Positions 32,768 to 43,463 of a stretch of DNA of 64,000 nucleotides are shown in pieces. Position numbers and translations under genes: made by a program. The notes below the pieces were generated by a model that saw nothing but the letters and a program-made list of their open reading frames with translations, made no database searches and was not told where the DNA came from. Every line of letters starts with the position of its first letter. The stretch's first letter is position 1. Where the stretch lies: the NCBI GenBank assembly GCA_029547205.1, contig JAKPPT010000068.1, positions 41,922-105,921 on the forward strand. The letters run 5' to 3'. The DNA is from Spirochaetota bacterium (GTDB lineage Bacteria; Spirochaetota; Spirochaetia; Treponematales; UBA12059).

Positions 32768-32805
32768 TTTGTCATATTGTACTAGTTTAATAGTACAATA
32801 TGACA
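32768..32805. promoter_or_regulatory. Perfect 16-bp-arm inverted repeat, TTGTCATATTGTACTA-N6-TAGTACAATATGACAA; putative YtrA-like autoregulatory operator
   Basis: Read directly from the sequence; lies 26 bp upstream of the regulator start. Confidence 0.6.
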
Positions 32806-32831
32806 ACATTTCTGTCAAGAAACAATTTTTC

Positions 32832-32978
32832 CTAGTGTCACGAACATTGTAAAACTGATTTCTTTAGTAACTATGCGTTTGATTTTAAGAGAAAGTGCAG
32901 AATAATATTGTATTGTTGAGAGATATCTCTACTAAATAATGTAGGGATACGTTTATACACAAACTTCGTGACACTAGA
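32832..32978. repeat. Inverted pair of repeat-family cores (CTAGTGTCACGAA ... TTCGTGACACTAG) flanking a 118-bp AT-rich segment
   Basis: 32832-32845 and 32964-32978 form 13-bp perfect inverted repeats. Confidence 0.8.
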
Positions 32979-33371
32979 TACCTTTTTCTCATTCATCATT
33001 GTAATGCTACAAAATTTTGTTGACTTCAGGTAGGTCATGAGAGGTGCTCCTCTCTTCTGGTAGCGCCTTGGAGACAATCTCCTTTCGCTATTCACAGTAT
33101 TCTGCCTATAAAGGTAATGGCAGATTCTCAGCTGGTGATAAACAGGGTGCTCTCTGGTGCTATCCTAAAAACTAATATGCTATGAAAACAGGGCTGCCAT
33201 ATAACGTGGCAGTCCTGTACGCCTGTTTCATAAATTGAAATAACTGTTTTTATATTTACAACGCATAAAAACAATATAATTAAAAAATAATTACTAATAT
33301 TACCATATTGACAAAGCTCATCATATACCACATTGTTAATTTAATTTTTCAAGCATGGAGGCATTTTAAAG

Positions 33372-34502
33372 GTGAAAGGCAGCGATGTAGTAATCAGCCA
33401 TGTTTCAAAAACATTTGGCAAATTTGAAGTACTCAAAGATGTAAGTCTTTCAATAAAGAAAGGTGAATTTTTTTCTTTGCTTGGTCCATCGGGCTGCGGG
33501 AAAACAACCCTACTCAGAATAATTGCTGGATTTGAACTTCCGGACAGTGGTGAAGTGACTATTGAAGGTATCAATGTGCTTCCCCTCCCTCCTAATAAGC
33601 GGTTTGTCAATACGGTATTTCAAAACTATGCATTGTTTCCACACCTCTCTATTTTTGAGAATGTTGCGTTTTCATTGCGACTCAAAAAAACACCGGAGTC
33701 AGAACTCAAAGACAAAGTATATAAATATCTAAAGCTTGTTGAACTCACTGAACACGCCCATAAAAAGCCTGGCATGCTTTCAGGAGGACAAAAGCAGCGT
33801 GTTGCAATTGCTCGAGCGCTCATCAATGAACCAAGTGTACTCCTCCTCGATGAGCCTCTTTCAGCGCTTGATGCGAAGTTGCGACAGCAGATGCTCATCG
33901 AACTTGATGCAATCCATGACAAAATTGGTATTACCTTTATTTATGTCACCCATGATCAACAAGAAGCACTGTCAGTTTCAGATAGAATTGCTGTTATGAA
34001 TCATGGTGAAGTTCTTCAGATAGGTACTCCGCATGAGATTTACGAAAGTCCTCGCACAAAATTCGTTGCAAAATTTATTGGAGAAACAAATCTTTTTGCT
34101 GGTGTTGTAAAAGCAAGCGAACCTTACACTAATGGAACCCGGCTCCTCACCATCGATGTAGAAAATCTGGGTTTAACAAAGGTAACCTGTGATCAGGATT
34201 ATACAGTAGGCACAAAAGTAACCTATACCATTAGGCCTGAGAAAATTGTAATCAGCACAACGGAACCCGGAATGCCTGCTTCAGGAAAGCATATCAATGT
34301 TGTGCAGGGTACAGTTGATGAACCAATTTATTCGGGCTTTAGCACGAAATATTTTGTTAAGCTTACCAGTTCCTTAACATTCAAAGTTATTAAACAGCAT
34401 GCAAACTACTCTGATGAAGGTCCCGCTATAAAATGGCAGGATAAAGTATGGCTTTCATGGAGCGCTGATGATGGCTATATTGTGGGAGAAAGCCATGATT
34501 AA
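33372..34502 (+). CDS. potA: Spermidine/putrescine ABC transporter ATP-binding protein
   Basis: Walker [25 protein letters not shown], and a C-terminal TOBE domain. Confidence 0.9.
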   Translation: MKGSDVVISHVSKTFGKFEVLKDVSLSIKKGEFFSLLGPSGCGKTTLLRIIAGFELPDSGEVTIEGINVLPLPPNKRFVNTVFQNYALFPHLSIFENVAFSLRLKKTPESELKDKVYKYLKLVELTEHAHKKPGMLSGGQKQRVAIARALINEPSVLLLDEPLSALDAKLRQQMLIELDAIHDKIGITFIYVTHDQQEALSVSDRIAVMNHGEVLQIGTPHEIYESPRTKFVAKFIGETNLFAGVVKASEPYTNGTRLLTIDVENLGLTKVTCDQDYTVGTKVTYTIRPEKIVISTTEPGMPASGKHINVVQGTVDEPIYSGFSTKYFVKLTSSLTFKVIKQHANYSDEGPAIKWQDKVWLSWSADDGYIVGESHD

Positions 34503-35382
34503 AAAAAATTATGGTCTATTCTATGCTCTCCCCACAGCACTGTGGTTTACCATTTTTTTTGCTGCTCCGCTTGTGATTATCGTTATTTATAGTTTTTTAA
34601 CACGTGACACACATGGAGGAGTTGTATTTAAATTCACTCTCGATGCCTATAAATCACTCGCGAATCCTGGTTTTGGATTAATTGCATTGCGAACACTGCT
34701 TACATCAATTGCAGCAACTGTATTGATTATACTAATAGCTCTCCCATGCGGTTATTATATGGCACGAAGCAAAAATCAGACTTTCCTGCTCATGCTTGTT
34801 ATTATACCTTTCTGGACTAATTTTCTGATACGTGTTTATGCATGGATTGCCATTCTCGGTAATAATGGCTTTTTAAACAACCTGCTTCTTAAAACAAAAC
34901 TAATCAGCGATTATGTCCAATTTTTATATAATCAGGAAGCAGTTATTCTGGTTCTTGTATACATGTATCTCCCATATGCTATACTGCCATTATATTCAAC
35001 GATAGATAAATTCGATTTTGCATTGCTCGAAGCTGCACGAGACCTTGGCGCAACAAAGCCACAATCAATGTTCAAAGTACTCCTTCCTAATATTCAGAGC
35101 GGTATATTCACAGCTGTATTGTTTACATTTATTCCAATATTTGGAGCGTATGCAGTACCGCTCCTCATAGGCGGTAAAGACTCGTATATGATGGGTAACG
35201 TAATTGCAGATCAGCTTACCAAAGCGAGAAACTGGCCACTATCATCTGCAATTTCAATGGTAATTACGATGGTAACAACACTTGGAGTGCTGCTACTGCT
35301 AAGGATTCAGCGCAGGGATAAAGCAGCCAGCCAGGAAGCTCTGCTTGCCTCAAATAGAACGGAGGATAGCAATGGCAAATAA
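34495..35382 (+). CDS. potB: Spermidine/putrescine ABC permease
   Basis: 6-TM BPD_transp_1 permease; start MIKKNY with a GGAGA RBS. Confidence 0.85.
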   Translation: MIKKNYGLFYALPTALWFTIFFAAPLVIIVIYSFLTRDTHGGVVFKFTLDAYKSLANPGFGLIALRTLLTSIAATVLIILIALPCGYYMARSKNQTFLLMLVIIPFWTNFLIRVYAWIAILGNNGFLNNLLLKTKLISDYVQFLYNQEAVILVLVYMYLPYAILPLYSTIDKFDFALLEAARDLGATKPQSMFKVLLPNIQSGIFTAVLFTFIPIFGAYAVPLLIGGKDSYMMGNVIADQLTKARNWPLSSAISMVITMVTTLGVLLLLRIQRRDKAASQEALLASNRTEDSNGK

Positions 35383-36190
35383 TGTGATGTATGTTCCTGC
35401 AAAGATAATTAAAAAGCCATTTTCATTTTCAAGACTTGTATTTGTTTTTGCCATAGTTTTTCTCTTTTTACCGCTTATTGTTATTACCATCTATTCATTC
35501 AATGATCAAAAAGGCATGGATTGGAGTAAATTCTCTCTACGGTGGTATATAAAACTCTTCAGTGAATCGCCCGACCTCTGGCGCGCTTTTTGGAACAGTA
35601 TTTTTATTGCACTGACATCAGCAGTGACTGCAACTGTAATTGGAACACTCGGAGCTATAGGTGTAAACTGGTACAAATTCAGATTGAGGAATTATGTACA
35701 GGTAATTACATTTTTACCGATGATCCTTCCTGAAATTATTATCGGTGTTTCACTCTTGATATTTTTTGCTGGCGTTGGAATCAAACTAGGACTAGGCTCT
35801 ATCTATCTTGCCCATACAACGTTTAATCTTCCATTTGTATTTCTCATGGTCATGGCACGCCTTGATGAGTTTGATTACTCAATCATTGAAGCCGCAAAAG
35901 ATTTAGGCGCAACCGAAATTCAGACATTGCTCAAAGTAATAATACCTGTTTCCATACCTGGTATTATTTCTGGATTTTTAACAGCGGTAACCCTGTCACT
36001 TGAAGATTTTGTAATAACTTTTTTTGTTTCAGGGCCAGGTTCTACAACCCTGCCACTCTATATTTACTCAATGATACGGTTTGGTGTATCACCGGTAATC
36101 AATGCACTTTCTGTTGTTATGATTGTTGGAACTGTTATATTAACTTTATCATTGAGAAAATTTCTTAAATTTATCGCCGCAAATGGCTGA
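35372..36190 (+). CDS. potC: Spermidine/putrescine ABC permease
   Basis: Permease carrying the EAA-like motif ...IIEAAKDLGAT. Confidence 0.85.
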   Translation: MANNVMYVPAKIIKKPFSFSRLVFVFAIVFLFLPLIVITIYSFNDQKGMDWSKFSLRWYIKLFSESPDLWRAFWNSIFIALTSAVTATVIGTLGAIGVNWYKFRLRNYVQVITFLPMILPEIIIGVSLLIFFAGVGIKLGLGSIYLAHTTFNLPFVFLMVMARLDEFDYSIIEAAKDLGATEIQTLLKVIIPVSIPGIISGFLTAVTLSLEDFVITFFVSGPGSTTLPLYIYSMIRFGVSPVINALSVVMIVGTVILTLSLRKFLKFIAANG

Positions 36191-36224
36191 TATATAGTAT
36201 AATTAAAGCTAAGGAGATCGTACA

Positions 36225-37259
36225 ATGAAGAAAATTTTATTGCTCATTACTTCACTCTTAGTACTATTTACGTGCGTTGCGTGTGGCGGAACAAAAAAAC
36301 AAACACTTTATATTTACAACTGGACATACTACACGCCCGATTCAGTAATTGAAAAATTTGAAAAAGAATATAATGTAAAAGTTGTCTATGACAACTTTGC
36401 TTCTAATGAAGAAATGTATGCAAAATTAAAGGCTGGAGGAACTGGTTACGATATTGTTTTTCCTTCAGGTGATTATGTATCGATTTTAATAAAAGAAGGC
36501 ATGGCTGAAAGAATAAACAAAGAGCTCATACCCAATCTCCAATACATCAATCCTGGAATACTCGAAAAAGCCACCTATGATCCACAAATGGAATACAGTG
36601 TTCCTTATTACTTTGGCGCAGCAGGCATTGCTGTCAATACGAAAAAAGTGTCAAATTTTGAAAAAAGCTGGGCTATTTTTTCACGAAAAGATCTAAAAGG
36701 TAAAATGACTATGCTCGACGACATGCGTGAAGTAATGGGTGATGCGCTTGCTTTCCTCGGATATTCTGTCAATACAAAAAACCCCGTTGAAATTGAACAA
36801 GCAAAAGAACTAATTAACAATGTATGGAAACCTAACCTCCTTAAGTTTGATGCTGAAGCATTTGCAAAAGCCTTTGCTGCAGGGGAAATCTGGGTCGCTC
36901 AGGGTTATGCTGAAAATATTTTTGCCGAGCTCCCGGAAACGGAATGGAGCAACGTTGCTTTTTTTATACCACAGGAGGGAGGACCATCATATATCGACAG
37001 CATGGTTATTCTTAAAGGATCAAAAAATCTGGAACTTGCACACAAGTTTATCAATTTTATTCATCGTCCAGAAATTTACGCAGAGTTTTGTGACACATTT
37101 GGATTCCCTATTACTGTAAACATGGCAGCATGTTCGTATCAAAAGCGTACACCACTCTATAATGGCAGTGAACTATTAGGGACACAACTCAAAGAAGACC
37201 TTGGGGACAGCCTCGATCTCTACAATAAAGCATGGGAAGAAATAAAAATTGGCGGATAA
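36225..37259 (+). CDS. potD: Spermidine/putrescine-binding periplasmic lipoprotein
   Basis: Lipobox FTCVAC; PotD/PotF-type solute-binding protein fold pattern. Confidence 0.85.
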   Translation: MKKILLLITSLLVLFTCVACGGTKKQTLYIYNWTYYTPDSVIEKFEKEYNVKVVYDNFASNEEMYAKLKAGGTGYDIVFPSGDYVSILIKEGMAERINKELIPNLQYINPGILEKATYDPQMEYSVPYYFGAAGIAVNTKKVSNFEKSWAIFSRKDLKGKMTMLDDMREVMGDALAFLGYSVNTKNPVEIEQAKELINNVWKPNLLKFDAEAFAKAFAAGEIWVAQGYAENIFAELPETEWSNVAFFIPQEGGPSYIDSMVILKGSKNLELAHKFINFIHRPEIYAEFCDTFGFPITVNMAACSYQKRTPLYNGSELLGTQLKEDLGDSLDLYNKAWEEIKIGG

Positions 37260-37349
37260 TACAAACTCGTAATTGATGATTGAAAGGCCTGGTTTTTTAA
37301 CAGGTATGTGTTATACTTTTATTCGAAATTCATATAGTGGAGGTAGATA

Positions 37350-37556
37350 ATGATAGAAAAAGTAGATTTTTTAGTAAAAGGAATTCCTAACAGTATTCTC
37401 ACAATGTTTCGAGGACTCTGCTCAATCAATGGAAAAACAGAAGTAGAGGGAACTATCGATCTTATCATTGAGTATATCGATAAAGTGTATGGCGGCGATA
37501 AAACCGCATTCAAAAAAACGGTAGAAGAATACAGAGCATCACTCAAGAAAAAATAA
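37350..37556 (+). CDS. Small hypothetical protein (68 aa)
   Basis: Good RBS (GGAGGTAGATA-ATG). Followed by a 12-bp inverted repeat, AACACCTGGTTC...GAACCAGGTGTT (37594-37651), and a T-rich tail. Confidence 0.5.
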   Translation: MIEKVDFLVKGIPNSILTMFRGLCSINGKTEVEGTIDLIIEYIDKVYGGDKTAFKKTVEEYRASLKKK

Positions 37557-37965
37557 CACTGGTACAGTTTTATAATCATACCTTTTGATAATAACACCTG
37601 GTTCAATATTGGCGATAATTAACAAGCTGCGAAAAAGAGGAACCAGGTGTTGTTATTTATAAAAATATACAGTATCGTTTTTATATGATTCTAATCAAGC
37701 ATTTGCAATATGTGTAAACTGCTCTCAGGAGGGATGCATACATGAGTAAACTGCCCTCAATAATTACAGCGCACGCTCATTCCGTTTTTTTTGAAATTGT
37801 TCCTCCACAGCGAGGACACCAGAGGAAGAACGAGAAGCAGGCCTCCGCTTTAGTACAAAGCTATTAGAAAATTTTTACACTATTGGCGTTCCTCTCATAC
37901 ATATTTTTACAGTTGGGAGATCGGCTGATATCAGCGAGCTACTCAGATGTATCAGGTAGAAAGCT

Positions 37966-40900
37966 ATGAATAACACAGAAAAACTACAGAACATATTAAT
38001 TGCAGAAGGTGCCACAGGGACAGTCCTTGAAAAACTGCTCATCGAACAGCTGTTTAAGGACAACAGGGCTGCTGTGCACTCATCCATACGGAATAAAGAA
38101 TATTCCTTAAGTGCATACGAGCTCTTAACGGCTCCCCTCGAACACTCGGACATTATCCGCGAGCTTCACAAGCGCTACATCGCTGCAGGCGCTGATATTA
38201 TTAAAACTGCTACATTCAGCGCAAATCTTATTGATATTGATAAAATCAACTCTCATGCACGCAGTTCAGAAAAAATTGAAACATTCTGCTATGACCTCAA
38301 CCGTCGTGCAGCTGAATTGAGTTCATCATGCGCTCAATCGTTTGTTTCAACACCATATGATCACTCACTGTCTACTAAAATAATTCGTACTGCGGGTTCG
38401 ATTGGACCAGGGACAGTCCTCCCCGCTTTAAGCCAGACAGATCCAAATGAAATTTATCGTGCTTACAAACCACAGGTATACGGACTTATAGAAGGTGGTA
38501 TCGATATCCTGCTTATAGAAACGATGCAAGATATTCTCCATGCTAAAACGATCCTCGCGCTTGTCAGTGAAGCACAGATTATATGCAATAAATCTATTGC
38601 AATTATAGTAAGCGCAACACTCAGTTCTAATGGAACACTTCTCTGCGGTACTGAACTCGATGCATTTGCGGAAATCATGGCACCCTATGAGCCGATGGCA
38701 ATCGGTCTTAATTGTTCGGGTGGTCCACTAGAATTGGAACCGCTTATGAAAAAGCTCTCTCGCTATACGGACATTCCCCTCTCGATTATGCCAAATGCTG
38801 GATTACCCATCATACAGAATGGAAAAACTGTGTGGCCTATGGATCCTGAAACATGGGCTCGCCGTATGTTCACAATAATTTATAACACAGAGATAACTAT
38901 AGCAGGAGGTTGCTGCGGAACCACACCAGAACATATAGCTGCACTCACACAATTGATTAACAAAAATAAACAACAAGCAATAAGCAACGCTAAACAAAAC
39001 CATCCAGAGGTACATCAGGAAACTTATCAATCCAGTCCCAAGCTTGCGTCATTATATATCGTTCAAAAAGCGGATCAGAAACCGCTTATCATTGATGAAC
39101 GCGCAAATACACAGGGAAGCAAAAATTTTAAGGAATGCATCCTCCAGAAAGATTTAGTATCTGCATGCAACTATTTATTAACTCTTTCGGAAGATGAATC
39201 CAATGCAATAGATATAGCCATATCGCTTCCGGGAAAGAATGAGATTGAACTTTATAAAAATATAATTAAACAGGTAAGCTCAAAAATAAAACAGGCCATT
39301 GTAATTGATAGCATGTCGGAGAATGTCTTTACACATACACTACCACTGCTGCCAGGCAAAGCATTAATCAACTCCATTAACCTCGAAGATGAAGCAAGAA
39401 CCAAACGACTTCTTGCGTTAGCTAAAAAACATGGAGCTGGCGTTGTACTCCTCACAATGGATAAAAAAGGACCTGCTAAAACAGCACACGAAAAAATTGT
39501 GATAGCGGAACAGCTCTATGAACTTGCGAGATTAGCAGGCTTGCGAGAGAACGATATACTGTTTGACACCTGTACCTTTCCAATAATTTCAGCTGGACCT
39601 GAGTCTGCACAGGCAACGCTCGATGCAATTAGAACACTAAAAGAGCGCCATCCCAACTGTGGATATCTTCTCGGTGCTGGCAATGTTTCCTATGGACTTG
39701 CCCGCAAGCTCCGTGAACCGGTTACCTGCTATTTTTATAAACAAGCAGTCAAAGCTGGATTAACAGCTGCTATTATCAATCCAAAAACAGCCAAACGCAC
39801 GCTCACACGGGATGAAGAATTGCTTTTAGGTAATTTTTTCCATAAACCAGATGTGCAAATCTTATTGGAATACTACGAATCTAAAAACGATGTTAACCGT
39901 TCTGAACAGGCAGGTGAAATCTTAGAAGAACTAAGAGAACCAGCAGAGGGACAGACCTCTCATCTGCTGCCACCATTGCCAGATCTACACACCCTCATAT
40001 TCAGAGGCAAACAGCATAAAATACAGGAACCAGAAATTCAAACTATATTACAAAAATTAACAGCGCAAGAAAAAGTTGAAACGGTACTTACCGCGATGCA
40101 GGAAGTAGCACAGCACTTTGACAGAGGCAAAATTTCACTCCCGGAAGTAATGCTCGCTGCAGAAACTGCCAGAGCTATACTTTCATGTAATACTAACAAT
40201 GAACCCGGAGGATATTTGGCTACCATTGTGCTTGCCACTGTTAAAGGAGATCTCCACGATATTGGTAAAAACATGGTTCGTCTCGTACTTGAGGCGAGCA
40301 ATGTTCATGTAATTGATCTTGGCATTGATGTAGATGCAAAAAAAATATTACAGGAAGCACAACGTAGCAATGCGCATGCAATTGGAATTTCCGGTCTTCT
40401 TACCCGCTCACTTTCAGAAATACAGGAAGTAGCCAATGTGATGAACAAAAATAAAACCTCTGCTGTACTCATTTGTGGCGGGGCAGCAGTTTCAGAAGAG
40501 TATGTTGCACAATACATTGAACCCCTCTACCCCGGAAAAGTTTTTTATGGAAAGGATCCCTTTGAAACTCTTGTGATCCTCAAAAACCTTTCAAACACTA
40601 GAGCAAACATACACAATAAAACCAGACCAACTAGAGCTGTTGCAAAACAGGACTATGCAGGAGCAGCATCAAGCAATGAAAATCAGCAACCATCTAAAGC
40701 TTTATTGCTGACCGAATATGCTCAATCAACAGTGCGAACAGACACCGAAGCTTCTGAAAAACAGCTATGGAGTTCGAGCGGAACAATTCCATTACACGAA
40801 CTCCTCGAAGCACTGAATTTTAAGCGACTCATTCACACACGGCTTAACTACAACAATTTTGCAGAAGGTTTTAAGCAAATACAAAAAGTGCTGGACATGC

Positions 40901-41412
40901 TTCAAAACACCACAATTAAGCTCTCATATAAGAGCTGCATCTGTCCCTGTTACTCAGAATCTGCTCATGCAATTACGTTTAGCTTAGGGGTTAAAACAAT
41001 TGAGCTTCCGGTTGCATCAGCAAATGGCGCAAGCATTGCAGGCTACTTTCAAAATAAAGGAGGCATGTTCTGCTGTACACTTGGCAGGCAATCAGCAGAG
41101 ATCGTTCATAGCATTTCTGCTCATAACATGAGCGATTGTGTGACACTTCATGCTCTCTTTGCAGAACTTACCGAAACTGGAGCAGAGCTAATTCATACCA
41201 GGATCAAAACTGAAGCTCATGCACAGGGCGGGAAACGCTACTCATTCGGTTTCCCCGGAGCACCAGGTGTTGAATATAACAGCGCACTCCTGGAGTTTCT
41301 TTCTGCGGATACCATAGGGCTTTCTGTCATGTCATCGGGGGAGCTTATTCCGGAATACAGCATTACAGCAATCGTGAGTTTTGATCCCAATGCTCGCTAT
41401 ATCGATGCATAG
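37966..41412 (+). CDS. metH: Cobalamin-dependent methionine synthase
   Basis: Hcy domain (GLNCSGGP, GGCCGTTPEHI), pterin-binding domain, B12 cap with DxHxxG (GDLHDIGKNMV), and a C-terminal extension; 1148 aa. Confidence 0.9.
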   Translation: MNNTEKLQNILIAEGATGTVLEKLLIEQLFKDNRAAVHSSIRNKEYSLSAYELLTAPLEHSDIIRELHKRYIAAGADIIKTATFSANLIDIDKINSHARSSEKIETFCYDLNRRAAELSSSCAQSFVSTPYDHSLSTKIIRTAGSIGPGTVLPALSQTDPNEIYRAYKPQVYGLIEGGIDILLIETMQDILHAKTILALVSEAQIICNKSIAIIVSATLSSNGTLLCGTELDAFAEIMAPYEPMAIGLNCSGGPLELEPLMKKLSRYTDIPLSIMPNAGLPIIQNGKTVWPMDPETWARRMFTIIYNTEITIAGGCCGTTPEHIAALTQLINKNKQQAISNAKQNHPEVHQETYQSSPKLASLYIVQKADQKPLIIDERANTQGSKNFKECILQKDLVSACNYLLTLSEDESNAIDIAISLPGKNEIELYKNIIKQVSSKIKQAIVIDSMSENVFTHTLPLLPGKALINSINLEDEARTKRLLALAKKHGAGVVLLTMDKKGPAKTAHEKIVIAEQLYELARLAGLRENDILFDTCTFPIISAGPESAQATLDAIRTLKERHPNCGYLLGAGNVSYGLARKLREPVTCYFYKQAVKAGLTAAIINPKTAKRTLTRDEELLLGNFFHKPDVQILLEYYESKNDVNRSEQAGEILEELREPAEGQTSHLLPPLPDLHTLIFRGKQHKIQEPEIQTILQKLTAQEKVETVLTAMQEVAQHFDRGKISLPEVMLAAETARAILSCNTNNEPGGYLATIVLATVKGDLHDIGKNMVRLVLEASNVHVIDLGIDVDAKKILQEAQRSNAHAIGISGLLTRSLSEIQEVANVMNKNKTSAVLICGGAAVSEEYVAQYIEPLYPGKVFYGKDPFETLVILKNLSNTRANIHNKTRPTRAVAKQDYAGAASSNENQQPSKALLLTEYAQSTVRTDTEASEKQLWSSSGTIPLHELLEALNFKRLIHTRLNYNNFAEGFKQIQKVLDMLQNTTIKLSYKSCICPCYSESAHAITFSLGVKTIELPVASANGASIAGYFQNKGGMFCCTLGRQSAEIVHSISAHNMSDCVTLHALFAELTETGAELIHTRIKTEAHAQGGKRYSFGFPGAPGVEYNSALLEFLSADTIGLSVMSSGELIPEYSITAIVSFDPNARYIDA

Positions 41413-41419
41413 TAAAGAT

Positions 41420-41971
41420 TTAGCTTGATGCCTTTGCTTTGAGAACGCTCAGAATTGGCGAGTTTTTAAAGTATCGGTTTAAAAGTGCATAATCATATGC
41501 TGTTTTGCCAGTTTTACTCTTTAACGTTGCATTTGCTCCAGCTTCGAGCAAAATAGTGATCATCGTAGCATTAGAATTATAGCCAGCAGCGTACATGAGT
41601 GCTGTACGACCGCTTGAATCTTGAGCATTAACCTCAGCTCCGACTTTGATGAGCGTGCGAATTACTTCAGGATTGGTGTTGTTGAGTGCAGCATACATGA
41701 GCGCTGTCATCCCCAGCTTATCGCGAAAATTAACATCAGCGCCAGCCGCTATCAGCATGGTTATAACCTCAGTGTAGTAGTTAAATGCAGCAGCGTACAT
41801 GAGCGGTGTACTCCCATTGCTATCTGTAGTGTTTATGGGAAAACCGGAGAGAAGGAACGCTGAAACCTGTTCGGGCTTTCCTGTTCTAAACACATCAAAT
41901 TTGGGTGCATCAGCTGAAATAATCGTAATAATAACGAAAATTATCAGAATCAGAGCCGCTCTACGCTTCAT
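41420..41971 (-). CDS. Secreted ankyrin-repeat protein
   Basis: Signal peptide followed by about four ANK repeats (TPLMYAA...GADVN, TALMYAA...). Confidence 0.8.
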   Translation of the reverse strand: MKRRAALILIIFVIITIISADAPKFDVFRTGKPEQVSAFLLSGFPINTTDSNGSTPLMYAAAFNYYTEVITMLIAAGADVNFRDKLGMTALMYAALNNTNPEVIRTLIKVGAEVNAQDSSGRTALMYAAGYNSNATMITILLEAGANATLKSKTGKTAYDYALLNRYFKNSPILSVLKAKASS

Positions 41972-42102
41972 TAATCCTCCCTTGCTCTATACCGTATCAA
42001 AAACCATAACTATTCAGTATCAGTATAAAAGAGAAAATAGCTTTTTGTCAAAGCAGGTAGCATGTAGAGTTGTATAAATCAAATATATAGAAACTGGATT
42101 TT

Positions 42103-42123
42103 CACAATTTTCATGACACTAAG
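42103..42123 (+). repeat. Variant copy (CACAATTTTCATGACACTAAG)
   Basis: Direct read. Confidence 0.7.
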
Positions 42124-42302
42124 CACCTGTTCTCCAAAACACTGCACCTTTTCGTGGACTCCAGCCCCCTTCTGGGATAGTTCCCCCGAAAAGCCACCAA
42201 TACGAGTATATTTGTGAAAACCTCTACCTAAATAATGATAAACCATCAATTTTATATTTTATGGTAATCGGGTATGAGTATGATAATTTTCGTTTATATG
42301 TA

Positions 42303-43253
42303 TCAGGATTTCTCGATGATGGTAACTGACTGAAAAACCTTGAGCGCCCAGCCATCACTTATAATAGCCATTTTGTTTTGGGGTTGAACGATGGTTCCGA
42401 TGCCGAGGGTTTCCAGTATTTTTTTTATCTTGAGCACCTGGTTGTAAATTCTGCGATAGTTCACACAGAGTGTGGCTTTATGGTGTTCTGCCACACATTC
42501 CGCGCAGCTTGACTGCCTTGCCATTTGCTCTATCGGGTTTTCAGCGAAGCCAGCGAACATTTCCGCACAGGTAACTGGTCTTCCTGGTTCCTTAGCAAAG
42601 AATGTCAGTACCAGCAAATCACTCGATCCAAAAAGCTGCGTATAATCAGTTTCGTCAACAACAAGCTGGTACTTGTTCAATACCACGCGCCGGTTCATAA
42701 GTTCTTGTGAACTCCTGATGGCAAAGAGGCCAATAAAGAGATAACCCGCTGTATAAGCATTGAGCAGTATCCATTTTGCAGCTGATTCTGGCGTAATGAG
42801 TATCCTAAAAATGGCATGTAAGCGTACCCAGATACTTACGCACACTTCTACGAAAATAAGGATATACATGAGGGTTTTCGCGTTATCCCGGAGTCTGCCT
42901 GGTATCCGAAAAAACTCATAACGAAAGGTCAGAATGAGCATAAAAACCCCAATAACGTGAAACATGGTCAGAAGGGGTTCCTGGTATACGAAGAATGCCA
43001 GGATAAACGTGGAGAGGGCTGCGACAAAGGCTCCCGCGGTATAGATTTTTACGAATTTGTCCCGTCCTGCACTTAGTACAACAAAGTAGTCTGCGAAGTG
43101 CAGTCCTGCCAGAACAAGCCCTAGCAAAAGCTGCTGATGTGTAAATGAGCTGCTCAAGGATTTTGACTCCATAGTGAGAAAAACAAGCAATCCTGCCATA
43201 GAAAAATAAAGCGAAAGTGCTAGACGTGATAAGACATTTTTAAAACTTACCAT
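42303..43253 (-). CDS. Integral membrane protein (6 TM) with a 130-aa cytoplasmic Cys-containing C-terminal domain
   Basis: Hydropathy pattern. The C-terminal region (LLVLTFFAKEPGRPVT...YRRIYNQVLKIKKIL) weakly resembles a winged-helix domain. Confidence 0.6.
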   Translation of the reverse strand: MVSFKNVLSRLALSLYFSMAGLLVFLTMESKSLSSSFTHQQLLLGLVLAGLHFADYFVVLSAGRDKFVKIYTAGAFVAALSTFILAFFVYQEPLLTMFHVIGVFMLILTFRYEFFRIPGRLRDNAKTLMYILIFVEVCVSIWVRLHAIFRILITPESAAKWILLNAYTAGYLFIGLFAIRSSQELMNRRVVLNKYQLVVDETDYTQLFGSSDLLVLTFFAKEPGRPVTCAEMFAGFAENPIEQMARQSSCAECVAEHHKATLCVNYRRIYNQVLKIKKILETLGIGTIVQPQNKMAIISDGWALKVFQSVTIIEKS

Positions 43254-43463
43254 CTTCTCTATAAGTATAAACCTATAGGGTAATTTTACAATGAGTCCAT
43301 ATGGACTTTTTGTTCGTTTACAAAGAAAAGTAACGCGTTACAGTAATAAGAAGATGGCATGTAAAAGTTTATTGGGATATGACAAAAATTCATCGCTGGC
43401 AGAATCATCAAACTTTCCATGGTGGTTTCTGCTGCCACCTAAATCATTATCTGGAGGTGCAAT

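Noticed and set aside
32871-33610. Minus-strand ORFs of 67-89 aa in the pot leader
   Set aside because: No RBS, odd composition, and overlap with the structured intergenic region. Spurious.
37560-37965. SAM or B12 riboswitch upstream of metH
   Set aside because: No S-box core (GGCCCGATGA-like) or B12-box was found. Only generic hairpins are present.
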